A model generated the notes under the pieces. It was not told the DNA's origin, did not search any database, and saw only the letters and a program-made list of their open reading frames with translations. From Bryobacterales bacterium (GTDB taxonomy: Bacteria > Acidobacteriota > Terriglobia > Bryobacterales > UBA6623), in contig CAXXKD010000001.1 of NCBI GenBank assembly GCA_963422375.2, forward strand, positions 1-64,000: a stretch of DNA of 64,000 nucleotides, written 5' to 3'. How positions within the stretch are numbered: the stretch's first letter is position 1; each line of letters starts with the position of its first letter. The translations under genes were made by a program, and so were the position numbers. Of this stretch, positions 14,812 to 23,932 are shown one piece after another.

Positions 14812-16908
14812 ATGTCTGTCGAATACTCGATGAGAATTTCCCGGCTTACCGTCGACAAGTTGGGGGTCAAGCTCTACGACAAGGTGTCCGCCGTCATCGC
14901 CGAACTCATCGCGAACGCCTACGATGCCGATGCCACACATGTGACGGTTCGAGCGCCGATGGGGCAGTTTCTGGCGACTCGAGCCGGAGGCACCGTGGCG
15001 GACAAGGGCTTCAGCATCGAAGTCGACGACGACGGCATCGGCATGACGCCTCAGCAGGTACAGGACTTCTTTCTCGTCGTCGGTTCCGAGCGGCGGAACG
15101 ACACCAGCCGAGGCGACCGTTCGCCCCGCTACAGACGTAAGGTCATGGGCCGCAAGGGCGTCGGAAAGCTGGCACCCTTCGGTATCTGCAAGACCATCGA
15201 GGTGATCAGTGCCGGCGGAGATTTCATCGACGGCGGGGGTGCGACCCCGGGCGCCACGGGCTACCTCACGTCCCACATCGTCCTCTACTACGATGGCATC
15301 ACGGCGCTCGATGATGAGCCCGACGAACGCTACAAGCCGGTCGTGGGCGACCGCGATGAGTCTTACTCCCCGAAGTCGGGGACTCGAATCATCCTGAAGG
15401 ACTTCAGCCACCGGAGGGTCCCCGAGCTCAATGTCCTCGGCCGCCAGCTCGCCCAACGCTTTGGTATCCCGTCGACGGACTGGAATGTCCAGCTTCTGGA
15501 CAACACGGAATCCACTCCGTCACCGGTGACGGTCGGCACCTTCGACATTCAGACGATGCCGAACACGAAGCTCACGTTTGGGCAGAATGGAACTGTACTC
15601 AACCCCGACGGTGCTCCTGCGATGGACCAGTCGGCCGGATTCGAACATGAGGGCATATTTCGCCCCATCACAGGCTGGATGGCGTACTCGAAGGCTCCCT
15701 ACAAGGACGAGCTCATGGCTGGGGTGAGAATCTACTGCCGCGGCAAGATCGCCGCCCAGACATCCATCTTCAACCAGCGGGCCGGCTTTACCGGCGAGCA
15801 CAACATCCGCTCCTATCTCGTCGGCGAGCTCCACGCCGACTGGCTCGACGAAGAAGAAGACCTCATCCAAACCGATCGACGGGACATCCTCTGGTCGGAC
15901 GAACTCGCTGCCGCCTTCCAAGCTTGGGGCCAGAGAATCGTCAAGAAGATCGGCACCCTGTCGCGGGAGCCCATGCGGAGAGCGACTTTGGATCTGTTCC
16001 TCGAGACGGGCGATGTCGACGCTCGCATCCAGAACGCCTATCCGACCGAAGAGCAACAAGACATTCGCAAAAGCGCGAAAGAGGTCGCCGAATCCTTCGG
16101 TCGCACGATCAGCCGAGGGGATGTCGAAGATGCCAGCGTCGTGAACGAACTGGTCGATCTGAGCATCACCCTCGCGCCCCACATCACGCTCAACGCCAAG
16201 ATGAAGGAAGCGGTCGCCAGCGCCGACACGCCGCTCTCTGTCCTAGCTTCGTTCCTGCGTACGGCGCGATTGGCCGAACTGTCCTCGTTCGGCAGAATCG
16301 CGGAAGACCGCCTCAAGGTCATCGACCGCCTCGAAATTCTGAAGGACGCCGACGACACCGACGAGAACGATCTTCAGCGGCTGATCACTGACGCTCCCTG
16401 GTTGATCAACCCTGAATGGGCGCCGGTGACCGAAAACCAAACCTTCGCGAGTTTGCGCCGGGAGTTCGAGAAGTACTACAACGACAAGACCGGCCAGTCC
16501 ATTTCGTTGTCCGATTTCCAGAAGACGGGCAAACGGCCGGACTTCGTCTTGTCCAATCAGGAAGGCACGGTGCAGATCATCGAGATCAAGAAGCCGGGCC
16601 ATAGACTGTCGAACCCGGAAATGGACAGGATCGTCACCTACTACGAGAACATGGAGGCGTTCCTTGACGACCCTGGGCATACCGCGTTTCGCATGCACTT
16701 GGCCGACTTCCATGTCACCGTGGTCTGCGACAGGCTCGGTTTGAGCGGTTCTCCGCGCGCCGCCTTTGATGGTTATCGTGACAAAGGCAGACTGACGCGC
16801 ATGGACTGGACGGCGTTTCTCCTGAAATCGGAACAAGTGCACCAGGATTTTCTCAGCGAGGCCCAGCGTCAGCGTGCCGCCGGACCAGCGGTTCCCGACG
16901 GCCATTGA
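14812..16908 (+). CDS. GHKL (MORC / HATPase_c_3-like) ATPase with C-terminal PD-(D/E)xK nuclease
   Basis: ELIANAYDADA, DDGIGM, GRKGVGKLA and SGT GHKL motifs; C-terminal RPDFVL...IIEIKK. Confidence 0.88.
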   Translation: MSVEYSMRISRLTVDKLGVKLYDKVSAVIAELIANAYDADATHVTVRAPMGQFLATRAGGTVADKGFSIEVDDDGIGMTPQQVQDFFLVVGSERRNDTSRGDRSPRYRRKVMGRKGVGKLAPFGICKTIEVISAGGDFIDGGGATPGATGYLTSHIVLYYDGITALDDEPDERYKPVVGDRDESYSPKSGTRIILKDFSHRRVPELNVLGRQLAQRFGIPSTDWNVQLLDNTESTPSPVTVGTFDIQTMPNTKLTFGQNGTVLNPDGAPAMDQSAGFEHEGIFRPITGWMAYSKAPYKDELMAGVRIYCRGKIAAQTSIFNQRAGFTGEHNIRSYLVGELHADWLDEEEDLIQTDRRDILWSDELAAAFQAWGQRIVKKIGTLSREPMRRATLDLFLETGDVDARIQNAYPTEEQQDIRKSAKEVAESFGRTISRGDVEDASVVNELVDLSITLAPHITLNAKMKEAVASADTPLSVLASFLRTARLAELSSFGRIAEDRLKVIDRLEILKDADDTDENDLQRLITDAPWLINPEWAPVTENQTFASLRREFEKYYNDKTGQSISLSDFQKTGKRPDFVLSNQEGTVQIIEIKKPGHRLSNPEMDRIVTYYENMEAFLDDPGHTAFRMHLADFHVTVVCDRLGLSGSPRAAFDGYRDKGRLTRMDWTAFLLKSEQVHQDFLSEAQRQRAAGPAVPDGH

Positions 16909-16913
16909 CGAAC

Positions 16914-18008
16914 ATGACTCCGACGGCGATCGACATCTTTGCCGGCGCTGGGGGCCTGACGGTTGGCCTCAAACGCGCGGGCTTCCGCGTTGTCGCTGCG
17001 GTGGAGATCGAGGCCCATTCATTCGCTACCTACAAGGCGAACCATCCTGAGGTGCGGTGCCTGAAGCAGGACATCGCCACGGTCTCCGGCGACGCTCTTT
17101 TCGAGCTCGCGGGAACAGACCGAATTGATCTACTGGCAGGTTGCCCGCCGTGCCAAGGCTTCACCAGCCTGACTGCAAAGTACAAGGGTAGGGAAGATCC
17201 TCGTAACGCACTCGTTCTCGAGATGGCCCGCCTCGCCGAGGAAATGCGGCCGCGGGCGATCATGATGGAGAATGTCCCCGGATTGGCACGAAAGGGCGGA
17301 TCGCTATACGGTCGAATGCAAGCGCGACTCCAGGCGCTCGATTACCGACTGACAGATAGGATACTGCAAGTCGCTGATTACGGTGTCCCGCAGTTTCGGC
17401 GACGATTTGTCCTACTCGGTGGTCAAGGCTTCGAGATCGCCCTCCCGGACGCGACTCATTCCGGTACGCCGACTGGTAACCTTACGCGTTGGCGCACGGT
17501 AGGTGACACGATCAAGAACATGCCTGAACCCCTCACCTTGGCGGAGGCCAAGGCAAGGGGAGAGGTCGAGCGGTCCGACTGGCATGTCGTTCGAAAACTG
17601 TCGCGCGAGAACATCGAACGCATTAAGGCGGCGAAGCCAGGTGAGACATGGGCGCACATTCCCGAGCATCTCCGGCCGGCCTGTCACCGTGACGGCTATG
17701 TCGGATTCACCAATGTATACGGGAGGATGGTTTGGGACCGACCGTCACCTACGATTACCGGCGGCTGCACCACTCTAAGCAAGGGCCGCTTTGGTCATCC
17801 GAATGCCGACCGGACGATCTCCGTACGGGAGGCCGCACTTCTCCAGACCTTTCCCCGAGACTACCGCCTTGACACACCGTTCATGGATTATGTGTGTAAC
17901 ATGATAGGCAACGCATTGCCGTGCGACTTTGCGGAAGCCCTCTCGCGGCGATGTCTAGACGAGCTTGGCAAACAGGCGAAAAGCATGTCCCCGACATTCT
18001 CCAGCTAG
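16914..18008 (+). CDS. C5-cytosine DNA methyltransferase
   Basis: IDIFAGAGG, GCPPCQGF, MENVPG, YGVPQFRRR, SVREAALLQTFP and IGNALP motifs. Confidence 0.95.
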   Translation: MTPTAIDIFAGAGGLTVGLKRAGFRVVAAVEIEAHSFATYKANHPEVRCLKQDIATVSGDALFELAGTDRIDLLAGCPPCQGFTSLTAKYKGREDPRNALVLEMARLAEEMRPRAIMMENVPGLARKGGSLYGRMQARLQALDYRLTDRILQVADYGVPQFRRRFVLLGGQGFEIALPDATHSGTPTGNLTRWRTVGDTIKNMPEPLTLAEAKARGEVERSDWHVVRKLSRENIERIKAAKPGETWAHIPEHLRPACHRDGYVGFTNVYGRMVWDRPSPTITGGCTTLSKGRFGHPNADRTISVREAALLQTFPRDYRLDTPFMDYVCNMIGNALPCDFAEALSRRCLDELGKQAKSMSPTFSS

Positions 18009-18083
18009 CGTAGGGGAGCCACCCGAAATTGCCTAAGGTCGGCGTGTTCGAGAGCGAATCCTTCGCCAATCCAACGGCTACGA

Positions 18084-18536
18084 TCAATTGATACATCGGC
18101 TAGTAGGCGTCTCGTTGGCAGCACCACCCGAGCCGAACAATTGGTCAGAGTGTCGGGGTACGGTCACAACCAATCTAGGTCCGGGCGGTCGGGAGGCTTC
18201 CGGCTTGCCGCCGACCTTGCCGAACATGACGTAGATCGCGGAGACGGACGGATCGCGCATGGACTCGAACACGCTGTTGCCCACCGCGTTCCATGTGTCG
18301 CGCTTGCTGTACTTGACCTCGACGCCGAAGCCGTTGACGCGGATGTCGGGAAAGGCGTGGCGGTGGTAGGTCGGTTCGACCGTCGCGTCGAGATCGGTGG
18401 CCGCGTTCTGCAACGCGGCCAGCACGCCCTGCTCGAACTGGTCCGGGCCGTGGCAGAGCGTGCTGGTACGGAGATTGAGCGTCAGGAACTGCGCTGCGCG
18501 GTCCAGTAGCGCCTCGAACTCAGTCGGCGTCAACAA
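18084..18536 (-). pseudogene. Type II restriction endonuclease (PD-(D/E)xK), probably 3' truncated
   Basis: FPDIRVNGFGVEVKY motif. Overlaps the upstream MTase. Sequence appears to lose protein-like character after FGKVGGKPEA. Confidence 0.6.
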
Positions 18537-19478
18537 CGTGCCCTCGGACGGCCTTGGCGATGTGCCACGCCAGCACTGGCGGCACGGCGTTGCCGATCTG
18601 CCGCTCCGTAGCGCGCATTCCGCGCACGAAATCGAAGTCGTCCGGGAACGACTGGAGCCGCGCCGCTTCGCGGAGAGAGATGCGCCTGTTTCGGCTGTAG
18701 TGCCATTGCACGTTGCCGTGGTGTTCGGCGCGGATCGTGGTCGCGGGCTTGTCGCCGGTCAGCCGCCTGGCGCCTTGCTCCGGGCTGCGCTTCGCCTTGC
18801 TCCATACGTGCGACGTGTCCTTGTCCGCGTCGGCGTCCTCCAAGTCCCTCAGGGCTTCCCGCGCCGACATGCGCCCGTCCAGTGGTTCCGGATGCGCGAA
18901 CGGCCTATCGCCCTTCACGCCTGCGATGAAGATGCGCTCGCGCATCTGCGGAACGCCGTAGTCCGCCGCGAGATAGAGCTTGTGCGACACCGTGTAGCCG
19001 GGCAGCGCGAAGTCCGCAAGCATCCGGCCGAAAAAGGGCTTGCCGTGCGACATGAGCAGGCCCTTGACGTTCTCGGCCACGTGCGCCGGATCGCGTCCAC
19101 CATCCGCCGGTACAGAATCGTGCGCTTGCCTTCGGCCGCGCTGCGCCGGCCGTTGACGGACACGTCCTGGCAAGGGAAGCCGCCGATCACCACGTCTGCG
19201 GACGCTGGCAACGTGTCGAGCACGTCGACGATGCTGCCGCGATGCAGGTGCCCGCCGCCCAGGTTGGCCGCGTAGGTGTCGCATGCCAGTCCGTCGATGT
19301 CGTTCGCCCACGCGATCTCGAACGGCAGCCGGTCATAGTAGCGTTTTCCGAACCGGAAGCCTCCGACAAAGCCCAAGTCCATGCCGCCGCAGCCGGAGAA
19401 CAGGGACACGACCTTGCGGCGCTCTACGGGCGCTCCAGCGCACGCCGCCGGGAGCGGGCGGATCGCAGGCTCTCTCAT
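18520..19478 (-). pseudogene. Frameshifted C5-cytosine DNA methyltransferase
   Basis: LFSGCGG and GGFPCQ are in one frame; AENVKG, YGVPQMRER and IGNAVPP are in another. The switch is near 19080, where the residues before ENV are missing. Confidence 0.88.
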
Positions 19479-19529
19479 GCAGCGACTGCGGCCTCTTCGT
19501 CCGGGAAAGCCTCGTCGAGCGGAGAGGGC

Positions 19530-19826
19530 CTAGGAGACCCTCTCCACCCGGTAGGTAGCGACGCCTTCCAGGTGCTTCCTCAACTGGGAGGCGTCGAGTT
19601 CGACCCCCCTCAGGTCAGGGGGGATGAGGAGCCGCAGCTCCGTATGAGTGGCCGCTAGGGCCGCCAGCCCTAGCGGCAGGACGCCCGCCGTGTTCCTGCC
19701 CCTCACGTCGTCCGGGCTGGCGTGAGGGATAACGGGCGTATCCGGACCGAGGCCGTAGTCCTCCACGAGTACCTCGACCAGCGCCGGATGCCGGGCGCGG
19801 GCCGGGGGGAGGGGGGCGAATTCCCC
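19530..19826 (-). CDS. Csx16-like small protein (putative cyclic-oligoadenylate-binding / ring nuclease family); start codon unclear
   Basis: The frame reads RHPALVEVL...VIPHASPDDVRGRNTAGVLPLGLAA...LIPPDLRGVELD...TYRVERV. This matches the Csx16 pattern as recalled (RH...H...G.LP..LAA...P.ELRG.EL...Y.V). Confidence 0.65.
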   Translation of the reverse strand, partial: GEFAPLPPARARHPALVEVLVEDYGLGPDTPVIPHASPDDVRGRNTAGVLPLGLAALAATHTELRLLIPPDLRGVELDASQLRKHLEGVATYRVERVS

Positions 19827-20477
19827 CTACAACGCCCTGCCCGCCCAGCGCACCTCGCCGACCACGCGGCTCTCCCGCGGCAGGGGCAGGGGCTCGAAGG
19901 CGCGGTTCTCGCTCTCCAGCAGCCACGCGCCGGCTGAACGGCGGGCCCGCTTGACGACCAGCAGCCCGTCGCCGGTGCGCACGACGAAGACCCTCCCGCT
20001 GGCCATCGCCCGCCGCTCGTGATCGACCAGGATCCAGCAGCCGTCCTCCAGCAGCGGCTCCATCGAGTCGCCGATCACCTCGATCACGCTGCAGCGGCCC
20101 GCGGCCACGCGGTGCCGCCGCAGCCAGCGGCGGGGGAAGGCCACGTGGCCGACCACCGGCTCGGACTCGACCTCCGCGCCGGCGCCCGCCGCCGCGCGGA
20201 CGTCGCGCAGGGGCACCAGGTCGGCCTCGCGCTCGCCCAGGAGGGCGGGCTGGAGCACGGCCGCGGGCGAGGGCTCGTCGGTGAGGCCGGCGAGGTAGTC
20301 GAGGGACACGCCCAGCGTGCGCGCGGCCTTAACTAGGCCGTCGAAGCGGAAGGTCCTGTGACCGGCTTCGACCCGCGAAATCATCGCATGGTCGTAGCGA
20401 TCCCCGAGGGCCGCGGCCAATTCGACTTGCTTCAATCCCGCCCGCTGCCTTGCGGCAGCTAGGCGTTTTCCTAGCAT
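19827..20477 (-). CDS. CI/LexA-like phage repressor (XRE HTH + S24 peptidase)
   Basis: N-terminal HTH, AAAGAG cleavage region, GDSMEP serine and VVKR lysine motifs. Confidence 0.95.
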   Translation of the reverse strand: MLGKRLAAARQRAGLKQVELAAALGDRYDHAMISRVEAGHRTFRFDGLVKAARTLGVSLDYLAGLTDEPSPAAVLQPALLGEREADLVPLRDVRAAAGAGAEVESEPVVGHVAFPRRWLRRHRVAAGRCSVIEVIGDSMEPLLEDGCWILVDHERRAMASGRVFVVRTGDGLLVVKRARRSAGAWLLESENRAFEPLPLPRESRVVGEVRWAGRAL

Positions 20478-20483
20478 TCATCC

Positions 20484-20555
20484 AGCCTAAGAAAAAAAAG
20501 TTCTTGACATGTGTCTCGGAGACACTTACATTGGGACATGTGTCTCGGAGACACT
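20484..20555. promoter_or_regulatory. Genetic switch: two 21-bp operator repeats, rightward promoter TTGACA-17-TACATT, leftward -10 TAGGCT
   Basis: GACATGTGTCTCGGAGACACT at 20506-20526 and 20535-20555, with a GTGTCT-cgg-AGACAC palindrome core. -35 at 20504-20509, -10 at 20527-20532. Confidence 0.88.
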
Positions 20556-20562
20556 CACACTG

Positions 20563-20793
20563 ATGAGACATCTCCACGTAAGGATCGCTGAGGTCGGCGT
20601 GAAGCACGTCGACGTGGCGGCCCAGCTTAAGCTCCACCCGTCGGCGTTCAGCGCGATCTTGAGCGGCCGCCGTCGCCCGCCCGACGGCTTCGAGGCACGC
20701 GTCTCGCAGGCCCTCGACCGCCTAGAGGCCGCCGAGAGGGCCGCTTCCGAGGCGCGGGCCCGCGTGCTCGCGGGGAAGGAGGGCGTCGCGTGA
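20563..20793 (+). CDS. Cro-like HTH protein
   Basis: Divergent from the repressor; HVDVAAQLKLHPSAFSAILSGRR HTH. Confidence 0.8.
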   Translation: MRHLHVRIAEVGVKHVDVAAQLKLHPSAFSAILSGRRRPPDGFEARVSQALDRLEAAERAASEARARVLAGKEGVA

Positions 20794-20896
20794 CGGCCGA
20801 CCTGCCGGGCCTGATGGCTTTCCTCCCGGAGGTGATGTCCCCGGGGGGAACGCGGGGCGGCTATCGGTTACGGCCGTCCCGCGACGGAGGCGCCCG

Positions 20897-21157
20897 GTGA
20901 CGCACCTGGAGATCGCCCTCGCGGCCCTCGCGGTGTCGCACTCGCTGACCGCCGCGATCGCGATCAGGGCCCTGCTGTCCAGCGAGGCCACTCGGCGAGA
21001 AGCGCGTAAACGGCGTCGAGATGCCCGCCGGCTGGCTCGGACCCGGGATTCTTCCGTGCTTCGCGCGATCGAATCGCTATCCGCTCGCCCCAGAAGCCGA
21101 AGATCGCGTCCCGCGCCTCCGTCGAAAGAGAGCCCTCTCGATGGAGCAGCTCGATGA
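20897..21157 (+). CDS. Small protein, N-terminal hydrophobic helix plus basic tail (paralog 1)
   Basis: GGAGG RBS. MTHLEIALAALAVSHSLTAAIAIRAL is similar to 21462..21737. Confidence 0.5.
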   Translation: MTHLEIALAALAVSHSLTAAIAIRALLSSEATRREARKRRRDARRLARTRDSSVLRAIESLSARPRSRRSRPAPPSKESPLDGAAR

Positions 21158-21248
21158 GGGCGGCGAGCGCGAACTCGGTGTCGGTCGGGGCGTACCCGTA
21201 CCGGTCGCATTCCCGGGCGATCTCGCGGACCGCCTCGACAGGCTGCAT
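20964..21248 (-). CDS. Small hypothetical protein antisense to the early operon
   Basis: AGGAGGAAAG RBS lies inside hairpin copy 2. TAGAAT -10 at 21331-21336 on the minus strand. Protein-like composition. Confidence 0.55.
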   Translation of the reverse strand: MQPVEAVREIARECDRYGYAPTDTEFALAALIELLHREGSLSTEARDAIFGFWGERIAIRSREARKNPGSEPAGGHLDAVYALLAEWPRWTAGP

Positions 21249-21461
21249 GACTTTCCTCCTGGAGGTGCTGTCTCCGGGAGGAACGCGGGGCGGCCGCTCT
21301 CAACGGCCGTCCCGCACCCGGATCGTTCCGATTCTAGCGCGAGGCCGCTCCGCCTCGCGCCCTTTCCCCCCGGCTGCCTGTCCCCCGGGGGGAACGCGGG
21401 GCGGCTATCGGTTACGGCCGTCCCGCACCCGGATCGCCCGCACCCGCGACGGAGGCGCCCG

Positions 21462-21737
21462 GTGACGCCCGTCGAGATCGCCCTCGCCCTGACGGCCTTG
21501 TCGCTCGCGCTGACCGCCGCGGCCGCGGTCCGGGCCCTGCAGGCCGGCTTCGCGGCGCGGCGGGACGAGCGCCGCTGCCGGCGCGCGCTGCGCCGGCGGT
21601 ACCGCGAGCGCCTGGCCCAGGCGACCCGCCGCATGCGCGAGTCCCCGGCCGGCCGCCGCGACGGAGGCTCCGCGGCCCGGCAGCGGGTCCGGGCGGCCCG
21701 GGCGGCGGCGGCGCGGGAGGAGGCGCCGCGATGCTGA
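21462..21737 (+). CDS. Small protein, N-terminal hydrophobic helix plus basic tail (paralog 2)
   Basis: GGAGG RBS; MTPVEIALALTALSLALTAAAAVRAL; overlaps the YqaJ start. Confidence 0.55.
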   Translation: MTPVEIALALTALSLALTAAAAVRALQAGFAARRDERRCRRALRRRYRERLAQATRRMRESPAGRRDGGSAARQRVRAARAAAAREEAPRC

Positions 21738-22642
21738 CTCCGGAGCAGGTCGCGGCCCGGCGCGCGGGGCTGGGCGGCAGCGACGCCGCGGCGGCCCTCG
21801 GCCTGTCGCCCTGGAAGACGCAGCTCGAGCTGTACTTCGAGAAGACCGGCCAGGCCCCCGAGGCCGCGCCCACCGAGGCCATGCAATGGGGCCTGCGCCT
21901 CGAGAGCGCCGTGGCCCGGGCCGCCGGCGAGCGCCTCGGGGCGCGCCTGCGGCGGCGGCGCGTCACCCTGGCCCGCCGCGAGCGCCCCTGGATGCTGGCC
22001 CACGTCGACCGCGAGGTGGTCGGGCGCAAGGCGCTCCTCGAGATCAAGACGGCCGCCCGCCGCGACGGCGCGTGGGGCGAGGAGGGCAGCGACCGCGTGC
22101 CCCGGCACTATCTGTGCCAGGCGGCCCACTACCTGGCGGTGAAGCGCTGGGAGACGTGCTGGCTGGCCGTGCTGTTCCTCGCCGAGCGGCGCCTGGCCCT
22201 GTACGAGATCCGCCGCGACGCCGACCTCGAGGCCGCCCTGGTCGCGGCCGAGAGCCGCTTCTGGCACCAGCACGTCCTCCAGCGCGTCCCCCCGGACCCG
22301 CGCGACGCCGCCGACGCCCGGAGGCGCTGGAAGGTCTCGCGCGACGGCGCGGCCGAGGCCGACGAGCGGACGCTCGAGAGCCTGCGGGACCTGCGTCGGA
22401 CGCGGGCCGAGCTGCGCTCGCTGGAGGCCCGCCGCGACGAGCTCGAGCGGGCCGCGATGCAGCGCATGGGCGAGGCCTCCGAGCTGGTGCATCCGGCCAC
22501 CGGGGAGACGCTGGCCACCTGGAAGGCCTCCGCCCGCCGCAGCGTGGACGTGAAGGCCCTGCGCCGCGAGCGGCCCGACGTGGCCGCCGAGTTCGAAGTC
22601 GCCGCGCCCGTGCGGCGGTTCCTGCTGAAGGAGACGACATGA
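21731..22642 (+). CDS. YqaJ-like viral recombinase / lambda-type exonuclease
   Basis: RRAGLGGSDAAAALGLSPWKT, WGLRLE, AHVDR, LEIKT and YLCQAAHYL motifs. Confidence 0.93.
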   Translation: MLTPEQVAARRAGLGGSDAAAALGLSPWKTQLELYFEKTGQAPEAAPTEAMQWGLRLESAVARAAGERLGARLRRRRVTLARRERPWMLAHVDREVVGRKALLEIKTAARRDGAWGEEGSDRVPRHYLCQAAHYLAVKRWETCWLAVLFLAERRLALYEIRRDADLEAALVAAESRFWHQHVLQRVPPDPRDAADARRRWKVSRDGAAEADERTLESLRDLRRTRAELRSLEARRDELERAAMQRMGEASELVHPATGETLATWKASARRSVDVKALRRERPDVAAEFEVAAPVRRFLLKETT

Positions 22643-23346
22643 GCGAGAGCGCGCTCGCGGCCGGGACGGCCGCCCCCGCCGACCCCCTGCGGTCCGGCTT
22701 CGAGGAGGCCCAGCGCGTGGCCTCCATGCTCACCCGCAGCTCGCTGGTGCCGGCCGCCTACCGCGCCCCGCCCGAGGCCGAGGCGGGCTCGCCCGCGGCG
22801 CGCCAGGCGGTGGCCAACTGCATGGTGGCCCTCGAGCTGGCCCGCCGCGCGGGGCTCTCCCCGCTCGCGGTGATGCAGAACGTGGACGTGATCGCCGGGC
22901 GCCCGAGCTGGCGCGCGACCTTCCTGATCGCGACCTGCAACGCCTGCGGGCGCTTCGAGCGCCTGCGCTTCCGCATGAGCGGCGAGGGCCCGTCGCGGGC
23001 CTGCGTCGCCTGGACCCGCGAGCGGCCCGGCGGGGAGGAGCTCGAGGGCCCCCCGGTCTCGATGGAGATGGCCGCGGCCGAGGGCTGGGTCGGCCGCCCC
23101 GGCTCCAAGTGGCGCACCATGCCCGAGCTGATGCTGCGCTACCGCGCCGCGGCCCTGTTCTCGCGGCTGTACGCGCCGGACCTGCTCATGGGCATGTCGT
23201 CCGGCGAGGAGGCGCTCGACGCCGCGCCGGAGCCGGAGCCGGAGCCGGCCGCCGGCGGCGTGTCCGGACTCAAGCACGCCCTGGCCGCGCCCGCCGCGCC
23301 CGCCGCGGACGGCCTGTTCGCCGGGACGAAGGAGGCGGCGCCGTGA
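22639..23346 (+). CDS. RecT/Redbeta-like ssDNA annealing protein
   Basis: ATGA-coupled to YqaJ; SSLVPAAY, NCMVAL, PLAVMQNVDVIAGRPSW and KWRTMPELMLRYRA motifs. Confidence 0.85.
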   Translation: MSESALAAGTAAPADPLRSGFEEAQRVASMLTRSSLVPAAYRAPPEAEAGSPAARQAVANCMVALELARRAGLSPLAVMQNVDVIAGRPSWRATFLIATCNACGRFERLRFRMSGEGPSRACVAWTRERPGGEELEGPPVSMEMAAAEGWVGRPGSKWRTMPELMLRYRAAALFSRLYAPDLLMGMSSGEEALDAAPEPEPEPAAGGVSGLKHALAAPAAPAADGLFAGTKEAAP

Positions 23347-23741
23347 AATGCAGGTCGAGAGAGCTCGCCAGCCTCGAGCCCGGCCAGGAGGTGACCCGCA
23401 TCCGCGTCCGGCGCGGGCGCTTCCTGGGCGTGTCGTCGCCACCCGGGCTGGCCCTGTTCGAGCCGCTCTACCCGTCCGGCCCCGGAGAGCCGGTCGAGGT
23501 CGAGGACCGCGAGCTGTTCGCGACGCACGGCCGGCCGGCCGAGGTCCTCGCGCCCGGCGACCACGCGCTGTGGATCGAGGACCTGCGCGTCGCGTGGGGC
23601 TTCTACCGGGGCGCGGCGCCGGGCGGCGCGGCCCTGTTCGAGCCCGACGACGACGAGCCCTGGCTGCAGGCCCGGGCCGGCGACGCGGTCGAGGTCGACC
23701 CGTCCAGCTTGTTCAGGTGTCCGGAGGGGCGGGCGTCATGA
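23343..23741 (+). CDS. Hypothetical phage protein with an internal duplication
   Basis: GTGA coupling; the pattern GxALFEP...VEV....LF occurs twice. Confidence 0.6.
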   Translation: MKCRSRELASLEPGQEVTRIRVRRGRFLGVSSPPGLALFEPLYPSGPGEPVEVEDRELFATHGRPAEVLAPGDHALWIEDLRVAWGFYRGAAPGGAALFEPDDDEPWLQARAGDAVEVDPSSLFRCPEGRAS

Positions 23742-23932
23742 AGCTCGAGCTCTGCGCGCCCGGCCGCAAGGTCCTCTTCCGGCCCGGCGACGGGCCGCCC
23801 CGCGCGGTCGAGATCCTGGACGCGCTGCGGCACGCGCGCACCACCGGCCCGCGGGTGCTGGTGGCCGACGCCGGCCGCAGGCGCTGGTGTTCCGAGGAGC
23901 GCCTGGAGCCGCTCCCGGGAGGCGGCTCGTGA
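23738..23932 (+). CDS. Small hypothetical phage protein
   Basis: GGAGG RBS; 4-bp overlaps at both ends. Confidence 0.55.
   Translation: MKLELCAPGRKVLFRPGDGPPRAVEILDALRHARTTGPRVLVADAGRRRWCSEERLEPLPGGGS

Larger units (their letters stand above)
20820..21426. repeat. Three copies of an approximately 63-bp double-hairpin element (about 20820-20882, 21253-21315, 21364-21426)
   Basis: TTCC(T/C)CC(C/T)GG..CCGGG(G/A)GGAA-C-GCGGGGCGGC..GCCGTCCCGC in each copy. Confidence 0.85.

Noticed and set aside
19475..19530. Minus-strand peptide PLDEAFPDEEAAVAA* coupled to the MTase start, possibly a controller-gene remnant
   Set aside because: Too short to support a call.
19827..19829. Phage-wide amber (TAG) recoding to explain the cI/Csx16-like frame
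   Set aside because: Other phage genes end normally at TAG (3279, 8928, 12597, 14218), and no suppressor tRNA was recognised.
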